Shown here one piece after another: positions 1 through 12,565 of a DNA stretch of 63,735 bases. Numbering within the stretch: position 1 is the first letter of the stretch; each line of letters opens with the position of its first letter. Location: positions 40,377,734 through 40,441,468 of the forward strand of contig JARFYF010000104.1 of NCBI GenBank assembly GCA_030265395.1, read 5' to 3'. The notes beneath the pieces are model-generated. The model ran no database searches. It had not been told where the DNA came from and worked only from the letters and a program-made list of their open reading frames with translations. This DNA comes from Rhina ancylostomus (Eukaryota). The translations under genes and the position numbers were made by a program.

Positions 1-350
1 GAGGCCACTACTGTCTGCAGCTTCTTATGTTCCTGTGTATTTTAATTGCTGTACCAGACCACGATACAACCAGTCAAAACACTTTCATCAGTACATCTGT
101 AGAAGTGCGTTAGAGTGTTCAGTGACAAGCCGAACCTCCTTAACCTCCTGAGAAAGTAAAGATGCTGTCGCCCTTTCCTTATGATTGCATCTCTATGCTA
201 GGCCCAGGACAGGTCATCCGATATGTTAACGCCCAGGAATTTAAAATTGCTTATTCTCTCCAGCACTGATCTCCCAATGTAGATCGGAGCATGTTCACCC
301 TTCTTCCCCTTCCCGAAGTCAACAATCAGCTCTTTAGATTTGCTGATGTT
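1..350 (-). mobile_element. Rex1/Babar-like non-LTR retrotransposon fragment (C-terminal RT region)
   Basis: ORF track: KSKELIVDFGKGKKGEHAPIYIG...FKFLGVNISDDLSW. Same family as 38340-38920. Boundaries approximate. Confidence 0.7.
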
Positions 351-979
351 GAGCGAGAGATTGAATTGTGGTGCTACAGCAACAATCAGCTCAACAGGGC
401 CCTCTTTACATCCTTTTGCATATCTGCCACCAGCAATCTCACATGTCCTCTTTGTTTCCTCAGTATTCAAATAACATATAGAAAACAAATAAAACTGCAA
501 ATGCAGGAATCTGAAACATAAACAGAAATGCTGGAAGAACTCAGCTGGAGCTAGAGTTTAGCATCCTGAGGAAGGATCGCTGACTTGAAAAGTTGATTTA
601 GTTTCTCTTTGCACAGATGCTGCTTGACTGGCTAAGTTCTTCCAACATTTCTGTTTTCAAACTACATATCACCAGTCAATTTTTATTGGTTCATGGGGAA
701 AGTTTCCTCATGAAATGCAACTGAAATCATCTTATAATTCATGTTAGTACTAGGCAACAACTGGCAATTAATTATTCACTTCATTGGAAGTCCTTGGGGG
801 AAACTAAAGTCACAATTGTTCTGAGGGATGGGACAGAGTTTCAAATGAAACCCACTCATTTCAATCCCCTTCTGATCACCACTTCCCATGCTTCAATGAA
901 TTTCATTGTTATTGCTTCAGCAGGAGGCTAGAAACAACCATGTTCAACAACTGCTTTACACTGCCAAAGGAATGCTGTC

Positions 980-1345
980 AGCTGTGGCTCAGTAAATACC
1001 ATTCCTACCCCCGACAGAAGGTTGTGGTTCAAATGTCACTCTGGACACCTGAATACAAAAATTTAGGCATTCACTTCAGCTCAGCAGCAAGAGAGTGCTG
1101 TGGTGTCAGAGGTGCTGACTCATCCACAAGATGTTAAACCAAAACCTACTGCTGTCTCAGGTGGGCACATCAAATCTCACGGCTCTATTTTGAAGACATG
1201 GCGGTGGGGGAGGTTGGGGTGCGGTAGTTATTCCCAGGTGTCCTTTTTGATTCTTATTTTGTAGCCTACATCACTACAGCAGTCTCTCAAATTGGGAGTT
1301 TAGTGCCTGCAAACTGGTGCCTCATTTCCTATCTTAAAACAGCAA
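980..1345 (+). mobile_element. Degenerate Deu-domain (SacSINE/AmnSINE-like) SINE
   Basis: gctgtggctcag head followed by gagagtgctg...gtcagaggtgctg...gatgttaaacc. Related copies at about 14670-14975, 16140-16700, 23745-24075 and 54490-54980. Family assignment is from memory. Confidence 0.55.
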
Positions 1346-1365
1346 CCGTTAAGTATACTCAAAGT

Positions 1366-1478
1366 TAAAGTCAAGGTCAAATTTATTGTCATTATGCATG
1401 AGTGCAATGAAAAACTTGCTTGCAGCAGCATCACAGGCACAGAGAATTATATAAGCAGCATTCACAAGAAAAACATAA
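1366..1478 (-). repeat. LINE 3'-tail repeat copy truncated by an assembly gap
   Basis: aagtcaaggtcaaatttattgtcatt...cacaagaaaaacataa aligns by eye with about 2807-2933. Confidence 0.7.
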
Positions 1479-1876
1479 NNNNNNNNNNNNNNNNNNNNNN
1501 NNNNNNNNNNNNNNNNNNNNNNNNNNNNNNNNNNNNNNNNNNNNNNNNNNNNNNNNNNNNNNNNNNNNNNNNNNNNNNAGTCCCTCCACCTTACTACTTT
1601 GATAGCCTGAGCTCTGCTTCTTCCCGAAAGTCTCTCTACCTGTTTGATCTAACTTCCCCATCCCCTTCTTTCCCTGACCTACTCCTCTTAAGTGGCCTGC
1701 TGTATGACAAATGACTCCTGGTGAGGGCACAATGCAATGTAAAAGGCCCTTCCTTTAGGAGAGGAGGGGAGGTTGTTGGAAATGACATACACTTCTCAAT
1801 TGTAGGTTATGAATATTTCCATATTAGTCCTTTTCAGTGAATGGGTTAAAACTGTCCCATTTGTGTGTTTCAATGA

Positions 1877-2023
<147 letters not shown>

Positions 2024-2104
2024 TGAATCATACATTATGGAAACAGGCCATTTGGCCCATTATGGAAAAATTGCTCTCCACCAGGGAAAAATGATCTGGT
2101 CCCT

Positions 2105-2590
2105 CCAGTGACTAAAACACTCCATCCCAGGCAACATCCTGGTAACCCTCCTCTGCTCCCTCTCCAGCACTATCACATCCTTCCTATAGTGTGGTGACCA
2201 GAGCTGCACGCAATACTCCAGCTGAGGTCTGACCATTTTTTAAAAAATAAAGTTTGAGCATTATCTCTCCACTCTTGTATTCAATGCCTGACGAATGAAG
2301 GCCAGCAACCCATATGCCTTCTTAACCACACTATCTACCCGCATTGCCACCTTTAAGCTTCTTTGAACTTGCATACCAAGGTCTCTTTGTTCCTCAGCTT
2401 TCCCAGGGACCTGACCATTCATGGTCCATGTTTTAGCCTCATTAGTACTCCCAAAATGCATCACTTCACACTTATCTGGATTAAACTCCCATCTACCATT
2501 TCTTAGCTTATTTGTCCAACACATCCAATATCACTCTGTAGCCTAAGACTACCCTCCACATTATGAACGACTCCACCAATCTTAGCATCA
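2105..2590 (-). mobile_element. CR1 LINE fragment
   Basis: ORF track: WEFNPDKCEVMHFG...EQRDLGMQVQRSLKV...VVKKAYGLLAFI. Same family as 63050-63735. Confidence 0.8.
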
Positions 2591-2806
2591 ATGCATCTTA
2601 GACTATCAACATAATCTCATTCACAAACCGGAGACTCTGCTCTTTCTGTAACGAGGTGGTGCTTTTCTCCTTTTATGCTCTGTATGTGCTGTCAGTTAAG
2701 AAGACATCATCGCTCATGTTGTTCTTGTGTCATTGTACACTTGGTATTGTACCGTTGGATTTGCTATTGTTATTTTTTTAATTGAAGGGGATTTTCGTAG
2801 GTCTCC

Positions 2807-3140
2807 AAAGTCAAAGTTGAGTTTATTGTCATTTGCACAAGTACATATATGCACAGGTGCAATGAAGAACTTACTTGCAGCAGCACCACAGGCACATAAC
2901 ACCAGTTACTCAATATTCACAAGAAAAACATAAATTAAACATAAATTATACACGATTTTTACAGGAAAGAACACAATTAGAACAAAATGAATTAAGTCCA
3001 TTGTGATGCATTGTAGATCATAGCGTTGCTATACTGAGGTAGTGATTAGGGTTGTGCAGGTCGGTTCAAGAACCGAATGGTTGAAGGGAAGTAGCTGTTC
3101 TTGAACCTGGTGGTGTGGGACTTCAGGCTTCTGTACATCC
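2807..3140 (-). mobile_element. Rex1/Babar-like LINE 3' end
   Basis: The minus strand reads ...RSLKSHTTRFKNSYFPSTIRFLN... followed by a tail ending in gacaataaact. Matches the C-terminus seen at 38340-38420. Confidence 0.7.
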
Positions 3141-3184
3141 AGGAATGTTTTGAGGTTGTGAAAAGTGCTAAGTAGAAGAAACCA

Positions 3185-4515
3185 TCCACTGACATTTACT
3201 AGGAACCCACCGACCCCCACAGCTACTTAGACTACACCTCTTCCCACCCTGTCTCTTGCAAGGATGCCATCCCTTTCACCCAGATTCTCCTTCTCCACTG
3301 GATCTGAACTCAAGAGCAGGCCTTCCATTCCAGGACATCTGAAATGTCCTTTTTCAGGAAACATGGTATCTCTTCTGCTGTGGTTGATGGGAGTACTCCA
3401 TTGCATTTCCTTATCCCCCTCTCTCCAAAGAGAACAGAGATACAGTTCCCTTGGTCTTCACCTTTCACCTTACTAGCCTCCACATCCAGCACACCATCCT
3501 TCGTTGTTTCCACCAACTCCAACAGGACCCCACCACTAGCCACATCTCCTCCTCCCTAACCAAAGTGCAGATGGGTGACGTGGTTTGCAGAGCACCTGTG
3601 CTCTGTCTACAATGGTCATCCCAAGTTCCCAGAAGCATGCCATTTTCAACTCCCCTTCCCATTTCCACACCAACCTGACTGTCCTTAGCCTCCTCCTCTG
3701 CCTGAGTGAGGCCCAATGCAAACCAGAACACCTCATATTCTGCCCAGGCAGTCTACAACCAATGGCATGAACATTGAGCTTCCAATTTCAAGTAACTCTT
3801 AACTCCTGAGTTTTCCTCTCTTTCTCCTTCTAATCCATCTCTGTTCCTTCTATTTTTGTCCCATTTCCCATGACCCCCCACCCTCTAGCCCCATATCACC
3901 CATTTTCATCCTACCCTACTAGCACCTACTACCCACTCATTTCATCCATCAGATCCCTTCCTCCGGGTTACATCTGCCCTTCATCTCTCCACTAATGGTT
4001 CCCATTATCCCCTTCGTTACTTATCAAATTCCAGCTCTGGTTGCCTTTGTGTTCCCACTTATCACCCTCAGGCAGCTATCTCCAACTCCATCCCTCCCCC
4101 TTCCCCACCTGCCTCTATTTGCCTGTCATTCTTCACCCCTCCTTTGTCCACCTATCACTGACTGGCACTAGGCTCACCCATTCCCCTTCCTCTTTATACT
4201 GGCTACTTTGTACATGGTAAAGGTTTAGAGGGTTATGCACCAAATGCAGACGAATGAGACTAGCTTGGATAGACATCTTGATAGGCATGGACAAGTTGGG
4301 CCAAAGGCTTGTTTCCATGTTACATAAATCTATGCTCTATCTTCCCTCTCCATTCTCGGCCCTGATGCAGGGTCTCAACGTGAAATGTTGACAATTCCTT
4401 CCCCACTTCCCCCCACCCCTTCCATGTACCCACACATGCTGCTCGATTCACAGGGTTCCTAAAGCATTTTGTTTTTTGCTCCAGATTCCAGTATCTGCAG
4501 TCTCTTGGATGTCTC
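3185..4515 (+). mobile_element. Degenerate Penelope-like element (RT C-terminus/GIY-YIG region plus 3' tail) with an internal CR1-tail insertion at about 4215-4330
   Basis: aacccaccgacccccacagctacttagactacacctcttcccaccct encodes (K)PTDPHSYLDYTSSHP. Later HAIFNSPSHFHTNLTVLSLL. A pyrimidine-rich tail follows, with a degenerate hammerhead motif at about 4362-4390. Confidence 0.65.
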
Positions 4516-6203
4516 TAAAAGGAACATTTTCTGTATTTCTCAGGGACAGCTACCAGCTAAAGAAATTCCATAAGAAAGGTAAGTGTAGTATATTTGGTTC
4601 TTCTGATACTGTAAAGTTGATTTAAACTCACTGTGGCTGGCAGTATCAATGAAACTGTCAGGTTTATTGTGGCAGTCAGATTCTGACTGGCTTATGGCAC
4701 ATACAGTGTTGTTATAATTAACCAAATGACAATTTTCTAAAGGTAATAGCAGCCCCAATAAACTTAAAGCTACATTTACAATACAAATACAGATATACTG
4801 CAGTGAAGATGCAAAACCGTGGCACTGTGGAGAAGTAATTTTTACATTATTGGATTTTGACTTGAGTAGGTTCTCTTGATTGATATAATCAATCATTATT
4901 GATAAAATTCAAGATTGTGTATTCAAGGAAATCTGTATGGCTAAGAAATGAATTAAGCATGGTGGTCATAGATCTGAAACAGTAAAAGTGCTCCCTATCC
5001 TTTTAAATTGCTGCACCACATTGCAAGGTACACACAGCAGAAAGTAGTACTTTGTGTTTTTATTGAAATTAGAATTAGAAAGTGCTGGAAATATTCAGAA
5101 ATCAGCAGAATCTAAGGAGAAACAGAACTGATGAAAGATCACTGACGTCAAGCGTTAACTCTGTTTCTCTATCCTAAATCATTTCAACCAATTTCCAAAA
5201 TAATTGCAACATTTTCTATTTATACTTCAGACTTTCCACTCCCACATTTTTCTTACAATCATATTTTAAAAACACTTTACCATCATGCTCCAGTATACTA
5301 CCAATATATATATCTCACACATTGATAAATTTCTCTATCAGTGTTAGCCTACATATAGTTTGGGCTTGGTTTGTTATTTTAGTTAGAGAAAGTAGGACAG
5401 TACATTGGACAACTTCTGAACTGTGTGACTGATATCTAAATAAAAATACATCATCAATTCTGAATCCATTATCTCAGACAGTCTAGCAAAGCACAGGTTA
5501 CTTAAAAAAGAAAATCAGTTTGGTATGGAATCACTTGCAATGAATGCAAGTGAAAGATTTTGGGAGAAAGTTAAAAATCATACTACTGCTTTCTCATTGA
5601 AATTGTTAAGACTTGCAAATTTTCCTCAGGACTGTGACACAATGGAGAGTTCAGCAACATATTACAAAACCCCAGCCTCAGTCCTATTGTTTGGATGCAA
5701 ATTGCAAATCTGAGGTTTATGATTCTACAAAGAATATAAATCTAAATCGAGATTTTCCAGGTTAGGATGCAACTTCGATCACATCAGCAGAATGAGAATG
5801 GNNNNNNNNNNNNNNNNNNNNNNNNNNNNNNNNNNNNNNNNNNNNNNNNNNNNNNNNNNNNNNNNNNNNNNNNNNNNNNNNNNNNNNNNNNNNNNNNNNN
5901 NAGCAGAATGAGAATGGCCGTAATTTTTACTTTTCAATTTATCAACATCTTGTAGGCTGAACAAATCGGAGGAACACAGATGAAGAATTTCCCCAAGAAC
6001 AGGCAAAGAATATGAATTAAAGCAATCTAGTATTTTAAACAGCTTTTAACATTTAGATTTCAAAAGAGCTCTATGACTTGTTATGCTTAAAATAATACGG
6101 TTTACAAATTAAGATGGGCATTTTCCAGTTTTCTTATTAAACCTCTGAAAAGACAACCAACTGTTAATGAAACATCCGCTCTGAAGCTCTGTCAATGTAT
6201 TAC

Positions 6204-6379
6204 CTGGGATGCTTTTTCCAGTAGAAAGGTCCTTGCCTTCATCAGAGACTTTTCCATCTATGTAAACTCTCCATGCCCCACCTGTGCTATTCCATGTGAT
6301 GGAAATGTGGTGCCATTTCCCATCATTAACTGATGGACAATCAGTTACCTTCTCCTTGCCATTGACGTACAACACCCAA
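6204..6379 (-). CDS. SVEP1: SVEP1-family exon: pentraxin domain, part 2 (most 3' exon found in window)
   Basis: caatcag|T TGG...CCA G|gtaata. 176 nt, phase 2-1. [58 protein letters not shown], with the pentraxin WHH-x-x-TW motif. Confidence 0.95.
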
Positions 6380-6559
6380 CTGATTGGGAGAAAGGGAAAG
6401 AATAATTAAGCTCTGCATTGAAGGCAATGCCATTTGACCTGCACTATATCATCAGTATATCAGAATAATTACTTTTTGAAACAAATGCCATGGAGAAATT
6501 ACTTGAAATGATTTTGTTAATCAGTTTGGTAAGTCAATCCATATAATATTGCAAGTGTT

Positions 6560-6930
6560 TCTAAGTTCAACCAACTTCAGCTGCTTCATCTATAATTTTC
6601 TCTCTATCGCAAGATCAGAAGTGGAGATATTCACTGATAATTGCACAACTTTAAGTTCTATTCACAACTCCTCAGATTGTTCTCAAGCTGTGTCTGCAAG
6701 AAGGGAGACCTGGGCATTAGTCAAGCTGGGGCTGGTAAGAGGCAAGTAATATTCACAACATCTCCAGCATGAGAAAATCTAACCACCTATCATTGATATT
6801 CAAGTCACATAAATACAACAAAAACAGCAGAAGCAGGTCAGAGGCTGGGTATTCTGTGCCTAGTGACGGATCTCCTAACTTTCCAAAGTCCTTCCACCAT
6901 CTACAAAACACATCAGGAGTGTGATGGAAA
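6560..6930 (+). mobile_element. Old LINE reverse-transcriptase fragment (CR1/L2 group)
   Basis: FSCFIYNF...EVEIFTDNCT resembles the F-x-x-FINDL...MFADD RT region. Heavily decayed. Confidence 0.5.
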
Positions 6931-7950
6931 AATCATAAGGTCAAAAATTCAGGAACTACCTACCAAATGCATATTGATCCTTTAATATTTTGAACTTTTC
7001 TATAAGCTTCAAAAAAAATTCAAGAGTGCAATTGCTAATTTAATTTATTTGTTTAATGCATATTAACAATTATATTATAGCGGTTTTCTAAACCTTAAGT
7101 TGGTGACAAAGGAATGTGATCTGTAATCTATTCCATTAATAAGACAATACTGTTATGGTATATCATTTTGTTTTCACCAGTTAGCCTTACTCTCAACTGT
7201 TGAAGCATCTTTAAAGTGAATAATTACTTCATCCAAGATATTATTTAGTAGCAGTAATGTCTGGCAGTAGTCATTCAGCTTTATATTTCAAATCATTAAA
7301 TATGGTTATTGCAACTTTAAAATATCAACATGGAAACATTATGATTTTAATGAAAATAGATGGTAGTTTCAAGAACACAGTAACACTGTTTTGAAACAAA
7401 AATTGAGATTTTTCCATTGTGTCTTATTATAATATTTTTAGACAGAACATACATGATGCTGGTTATTTTACAGATTCAGGGTTAGAAATACCCAATTTAT
7501 TGAGGTTTTAAAGATCATATTATAAAACTCTTAAGACGCTTTCAATACCCTATGGTGAGCTTTACTGTCTCAGCCACTGCGTTTCAGTAACTCCTATTTC
7601 TCTGCATTTGTCTTCCCATGAGTAAACTCATCTGATGGTTTCAGCCTACACATAGTAGTTTACACTTTTTGAAAGGAGTAAAAAGTGTGATTAGCAGACA
7701 AGCCACCTGATTACTGTTGACCAGTATTATACATTGAGGATAATTTCTTATTCATGGTTCTTGATCTCAGATACACTTTGTGTAAAGGTTGTATTTGGAG
7801 GAGAAAGTTTGCTTCAGTGAACAGATTTATTACAAAGGCCAAGTTTTTGAGATAAAGACTGAATTATAACAGGCTTTTAAGATCCCTCTCTATTAGGTGA
7901 ATGATACTGAGAATCACAATTATTTTTTTTATTAACGTAGTTGAATTTAC

Positions 7951-8152
7951 CCATTGTAATCTGTTAGCAGGAATGCATTGTCACAGTCAGTATTCAAGGC
8001 ATAGGAAATTGGAGTCCCATAGTTCGTGGTATCAGAAGATTTCATCCAGAAAGCACAGGTAAGTGCACTGAGTGTCGGTAAGCCATTATCCAGAAGAACA
8101 TAGCCATAGATTCCCGAAACATCAAAATCCAGGTTAAAGTTGGAGGATAACT
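7951..8152 (-). CDS. SVEP1: SVEP1-family exon: pentraxin domain, part 1
   Basis: ttctgtag|AG TTA...AAT GG|gtaaat. 202 nt, phase 1-2. (E)[66 protein letters not shown](G). Confidence 0.95.
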
Positions 8153-8962
8153 CTACAGAAAGATGACAGAATTATCTCGCAACGTGCAATGAGGAAACCA
8201 AGGTGGTGTAGCTGATATTTCAAATGTAGAACTACGTCAACTCATTTGAATTAAAACATAAATAAAACTGAGGGGTTCTTATTTAGGGCTTTTGGCATGC
8301 CAATTTCAAACAATTATTCTTTGCATCTTTGAGAACCCTGCTGAATTGGAATTATTTCTTATGGACTGCTTTCCCCATCAGCTTTAGTGTAGAATATTAG
8401 AGCAGACACCTATGTTAGAATTGTGCACAGCACTAGATAAGACTCATCAATAACCAGGTATAAGTTTTATGGTTATTGATACAAGGATGAGAAGATAGAG
8501 GGTGGTATTTATCTAAATCACTGGTTAGGAGGGTTGTGAAGACACAAACCCTCATTATTCTTAAAAAGCGTCTGGATGAGTACTACATGTGCCATGATTG
8601 ACAAGGATACAGGCCAAGAGCTGGGAAGCAGGATTAGGCTGCATGGTACTTTCTGGGCCAGCAGACAAAATGGGCCTCATTCCATGTCATAAATCGCTAT
8701 GATCCCGTTCTTTATTTTGAAACTTACATGAAGAGGGTAATCAACCATGAGACATGAAGTAACTGAAAACGGATGAGGAGGCAATGTTGAACAGACAGTC
8801 AATTCAATAATGTGTACTCTGCACTTGTAATCCAAGTCAAAGCCACCATGATCTCTCCGCAGCATAGCAATGGATCAGCTTACGCATGATGTTAACTTGG
8901 ATTGAGCTTACGCCTGATATTATAATGCACTGTGGATAAAATTGAGCCACCCAAGACTTTAC

Positions 8963-9120
8963 CCATTTCACATCGGGTCCCATTGAAGCCGGGTGGACAC
9001 TTGCAGATGTACGAGTCCAGTGTGTCGACACACACACCCTGGTTCAGGCATGGATTCGACTCGCATTCATTCACGTCTATTTCACAGAACAAGCCACTGT
9101 AGCCTGCAGGACACTGACAT
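8963..9120 (-). CDS. SVEP1: SVEP1-family exon: end of EGF5 and EGF6
   Basis: tacttag|A TGT...ATG G|gtaaag. 158 nt, phase 2-1. [52 protein letters not shown]. Confidence 0.93.
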
Positions 9121-10651
9121 CTAAGTAAAGAATTAAATTAAAAGGAATCAGAAATATTAAAAAAAAACTATGAATAGAAACAAAGGCATCCCTGAGGTGC
9201 ATTCAGCATTGATACAGCTAAAGCCGCATATATCCCTATGTTAGTCATATATTTCCTATGTGCTATGTGAATCATTTTGCTCTTTAAACTTTCCTTTACT
9301 CCCAGTGCCATGCCTCATTTGTGACAGGAGAGCAAGAATAGAAAGAAGTATTTATGAGCTACTCCTGTTCCATTGTTGAAACTGCAGGTACAGTAGAAAT
9401 GCCCTTATCTGCACAAGTTGTTGTATATGTAGCAAAGTTACTGTTAAACTGTTGGAGGATAAAATGAGCAAATACCCAATCAAACATATTAGATTATTTG
9501 CATCAATTTTAATTTACAGCTGAAATTCAACATATAACCCTGTTTCACTTGAGTACCTTAATACAGTTTAAAAGGGCCATAGGATGCATCACAGGAGTGC
9601 TTAACAAATAAATATTTGACAGCAAATTACACAAGGAAATATTAGGCCAGGTGAGCAAAATCTTGGCCTAAGAGGAGAGACAGAAGTTTATGGGGAGAAT
9701 TTCATGGCTGAGGACTGAGGTAGCTGAAGGGAAGGTCACTGAAGATGGGGTGATTAAAATTAGGGATGTACAAGGATGCAGAATTGGAAGAGCAGTCTCA
9801 GGGTTACTTCTTGTGCATACCATGCCCAAGACAGAGTGCACTTTTAATTAACAATGAGAATGATTGTGTGAGTGTGTCTCGAGAACTTCAGAACCTTTGG
9901 GAGGTGGAGAGGCTAACAAATCTATGAGCTCTAACTCCACCAACCTGATTTCCAAAGATATTTTTCAATCCTTTTCAGCAAAGGAGAATTTGTAATCTGT
10001 CCAATACTGCTGATATCAAAAGTATTCCCCATTATACTCAAACAACAAACAATAAAAAGGTCCCAATCACCAATGAACGAGAATTAATAATCACAAAACA
10101 AATAGGAACAGGAGAATGCCACGATGCTCTTTGAGCCTGCTTTGCCATTCAATAAGATCAGGGAAATATTTTCCCTTATTCATTTCAAAGAAAAAGTAAC
10201 TCTCATTGCCCTGCTTATCCACCAGCCAACATCAATAAAATTATTGTTTGGTCATTATTATTTTGTTTTTCTTTAGTGCGGGCTTGTTTTGCACAAAACT
10301 AATTACTTCATTCCTACATTACAACAGTGACTATAGTTCAGAAATGTCACATTTATTTTGGGTCGTCCAGAAAAGGAAGCAAAAGGCACTATATAAATGC
10401 ACTCAATATTTTAATTTCCCCAAAAATACAGAAATCTATGCCGAAACTTAATGACTGAACATCCAGCATGATAAATTTCAAAGATTCACAAAGATGATAT
10501 ATAGCCCCTTCTCAATCCTAAATGGCTGACCCATTATCCTGAGTTTATATCCCTCCAGCTTTATGCTCACCACAAAAAATAATTTCAGCATCCAGCCTGT
10601 TAAACCTCTCAGAACCCATTACAGCTCAACATATGAGGCAGTGATCCTCAC

Positions 10652-10853
10652 CTGAAGGCACTGATGCCATCAATGCATGACCCTCCATTCAGACAAGGCA
10701 AACTGGCGCATTCATTGATGTTAATCTCACATGTGTTACCCAGGAAACCGGCTTGGCACACACAACGAAATCCACCAATCAAGTTGTGGCATGTTCCATT
10801 GTGGAGGCATGGTGTTGAAAGGCATTCATCGATATCCTGTTCACAATGGGCTC
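10652..10853 (-). CDS. SVEP1: SVEP1-family exon: EGF4 and most of EGF5
   Basis: ccccaag|GA GCC...TTC AG|gtgagg. 202 nt, phase 1-2. (G)AHCEQDIDECLSTPCLHNGTCHNLIGGFRCVCQAGFLGNTCEININECASLPCLNGGSCIDGISAF(R). Confidence 0.93.
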
Positions 10854-12451
10854 CTTGGGGGGGAAATAGAAATACTTAAACAGCTACAGCAAGAATGCAA
10901 CTTACAAAATCAGAAGTAGAGGGAATCTCTAATGATGGTGCCCAGAAACCATTTCTAGATTATTACCCATTTGCTGAATTTATTAGTCTCTATAACTGTG
11001 GGAGTGGTTCAGGGGTTGCAATCTTCCGAGTCAGAAAGTTGTGACTCTCCACGTCCATTCTATCTAGGCTTTTCAGCATTTGGTAGGCTTTAATGAGATC
11101 CCTCCTCATCCTTCCAAACTCCATCAAGTACAGGGGGATGAGGGAGGGGTCTCATTAAAACCATCAAATACTCCTCATACATTAATGTGTTAAGTAGTCC
11201 TTAGTATCTTAAACAATATCCATCCTTTAAACAACATTACTAAAACAGATTAGCTGGTTCTTAACTCAATCCTCTTATGAAAGTTTGTTGTATCTAAAAA
11301 TGATTTTCTGAACAGTGACTATACTTCCAAAAGCTATTTATTGTATTCCATTGTGGGATATTTTGAGAGGACATAAAAGGTGTTGCTGTCTTTCTTTCAG
11401 CATCAATTCTTTTTGCTCACTCATACTCAGTCCGCTAGCACATGAATTCGTCTAGTTAACCAAGCCCCATCTTGATTATTCTCTTACAGGATATGGGTGG
11501 AATTGACCATCTCTACTTGTCACTGATAAGAAGGTGGGCTCTAAGGGGGTAGGTAAGAGTCAACCAGGTAATGTGGAGCTGCAGTCATATATAGGCTGAG
11601 GAGGGCAGGTTTCCATCCCAAGAGATAAGAGGGAATTAGCTGGGTTTTCAATCAAATTTCAACAATTTTCGATCCATGTGTTTAGGATACATTATATTCA
11701 GATATTATGCTAATCAGTTGTCTAGGAATAACTGGAATAGTCATGAAGTAAAAATATACCATTATATAATTAAAATGGGCACAAGAATTCTGTTGGATAA
11801 CCACAGAGAAGGTAAAATGCCAGAGGTTCACCTGTCCTCTTCACAACTTGTATGGGTCAAGCCAGAAAGGTTTTCAAGGGTGGAGCAATATTGATATAAA
11901 CTAGATTTACAAGGATGAAATCAGAACTGAGAAGTCATAAAATTGAACAGATTGGGCAATTTATTCTGGCAAGAAGCCAAGGGCTTTTGCTGGTTAACAT
12001 AGAGAAGTGATTCCCATCTGAGATCAAACTAGGGGCTGTAAACACAAGATAATCCCACAGAAGAAACTTCCTAGCTCAGGGAATGGGAAGAATATGGAAC
12101 TCACTGCCATAGGGAGTTGCTGGGGCAAATAGCAAAGATGCATTTAAGTAACAATTAAATAAAAATATGATGGAGAAAGGAAAAGTATATGCTGGATGGA
12201 AGAAAAGTCAATATGGAGCCCAAGATGCAGCAGGAACCAGCTGGACTGAATCATATGTCTCAGCTGTACATTCTATCCAATGACTACATTAATGCACCCT
12301 AATTGGTGCTTCTGAAATTTCCTGTATAATATTGATGTCAGAATTCTAGAAAACAGAGCAATCCTTGAATAAACCGATAAAACAAAGGCTGTAGAGCTTA
12401 TTTCTTCAGAGTTATTTTCTGAAAGGTGCAGTAGACTGAATATGATTTTAC

Positions 12452-12565
12452 CTCTGAACTCATGAGTGCACTTGCAGTAATATGCATTAATCCCATCAAT
12501 GCATTTTCCTTCATTAAGGCATGGTTGGGAGATGCATTCATTCAGATTTTCTTCACATAATTGAC
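12452..12565 (-). CDS. SVEP1: SVEP1-family exon: calcium-binding EGF3
   Basis: tttccag|GT CAA...AGA G|gtaaaa. 114 nt. (G)[37 protein letters not shown]. Confidence 0.93.

Noticed and set aside
4540-4896. 118-aa minus-strand ORF considered as the missing next pentraxin exon (PDSFIDTASH loosely resembles ESFVGSISQ)
   Set aside because: It lacks the LGQEQD and N-L-W-D pentraxin motifs, and the resemblance is at chance level.
5525-5713. Plus-strand ORF containing RFWEK, considered as the next ICA1-family exon
   Set aside because: Only four residues match, the surrounding sequence is unrelated and there is no suitable phase-0 acceptor.
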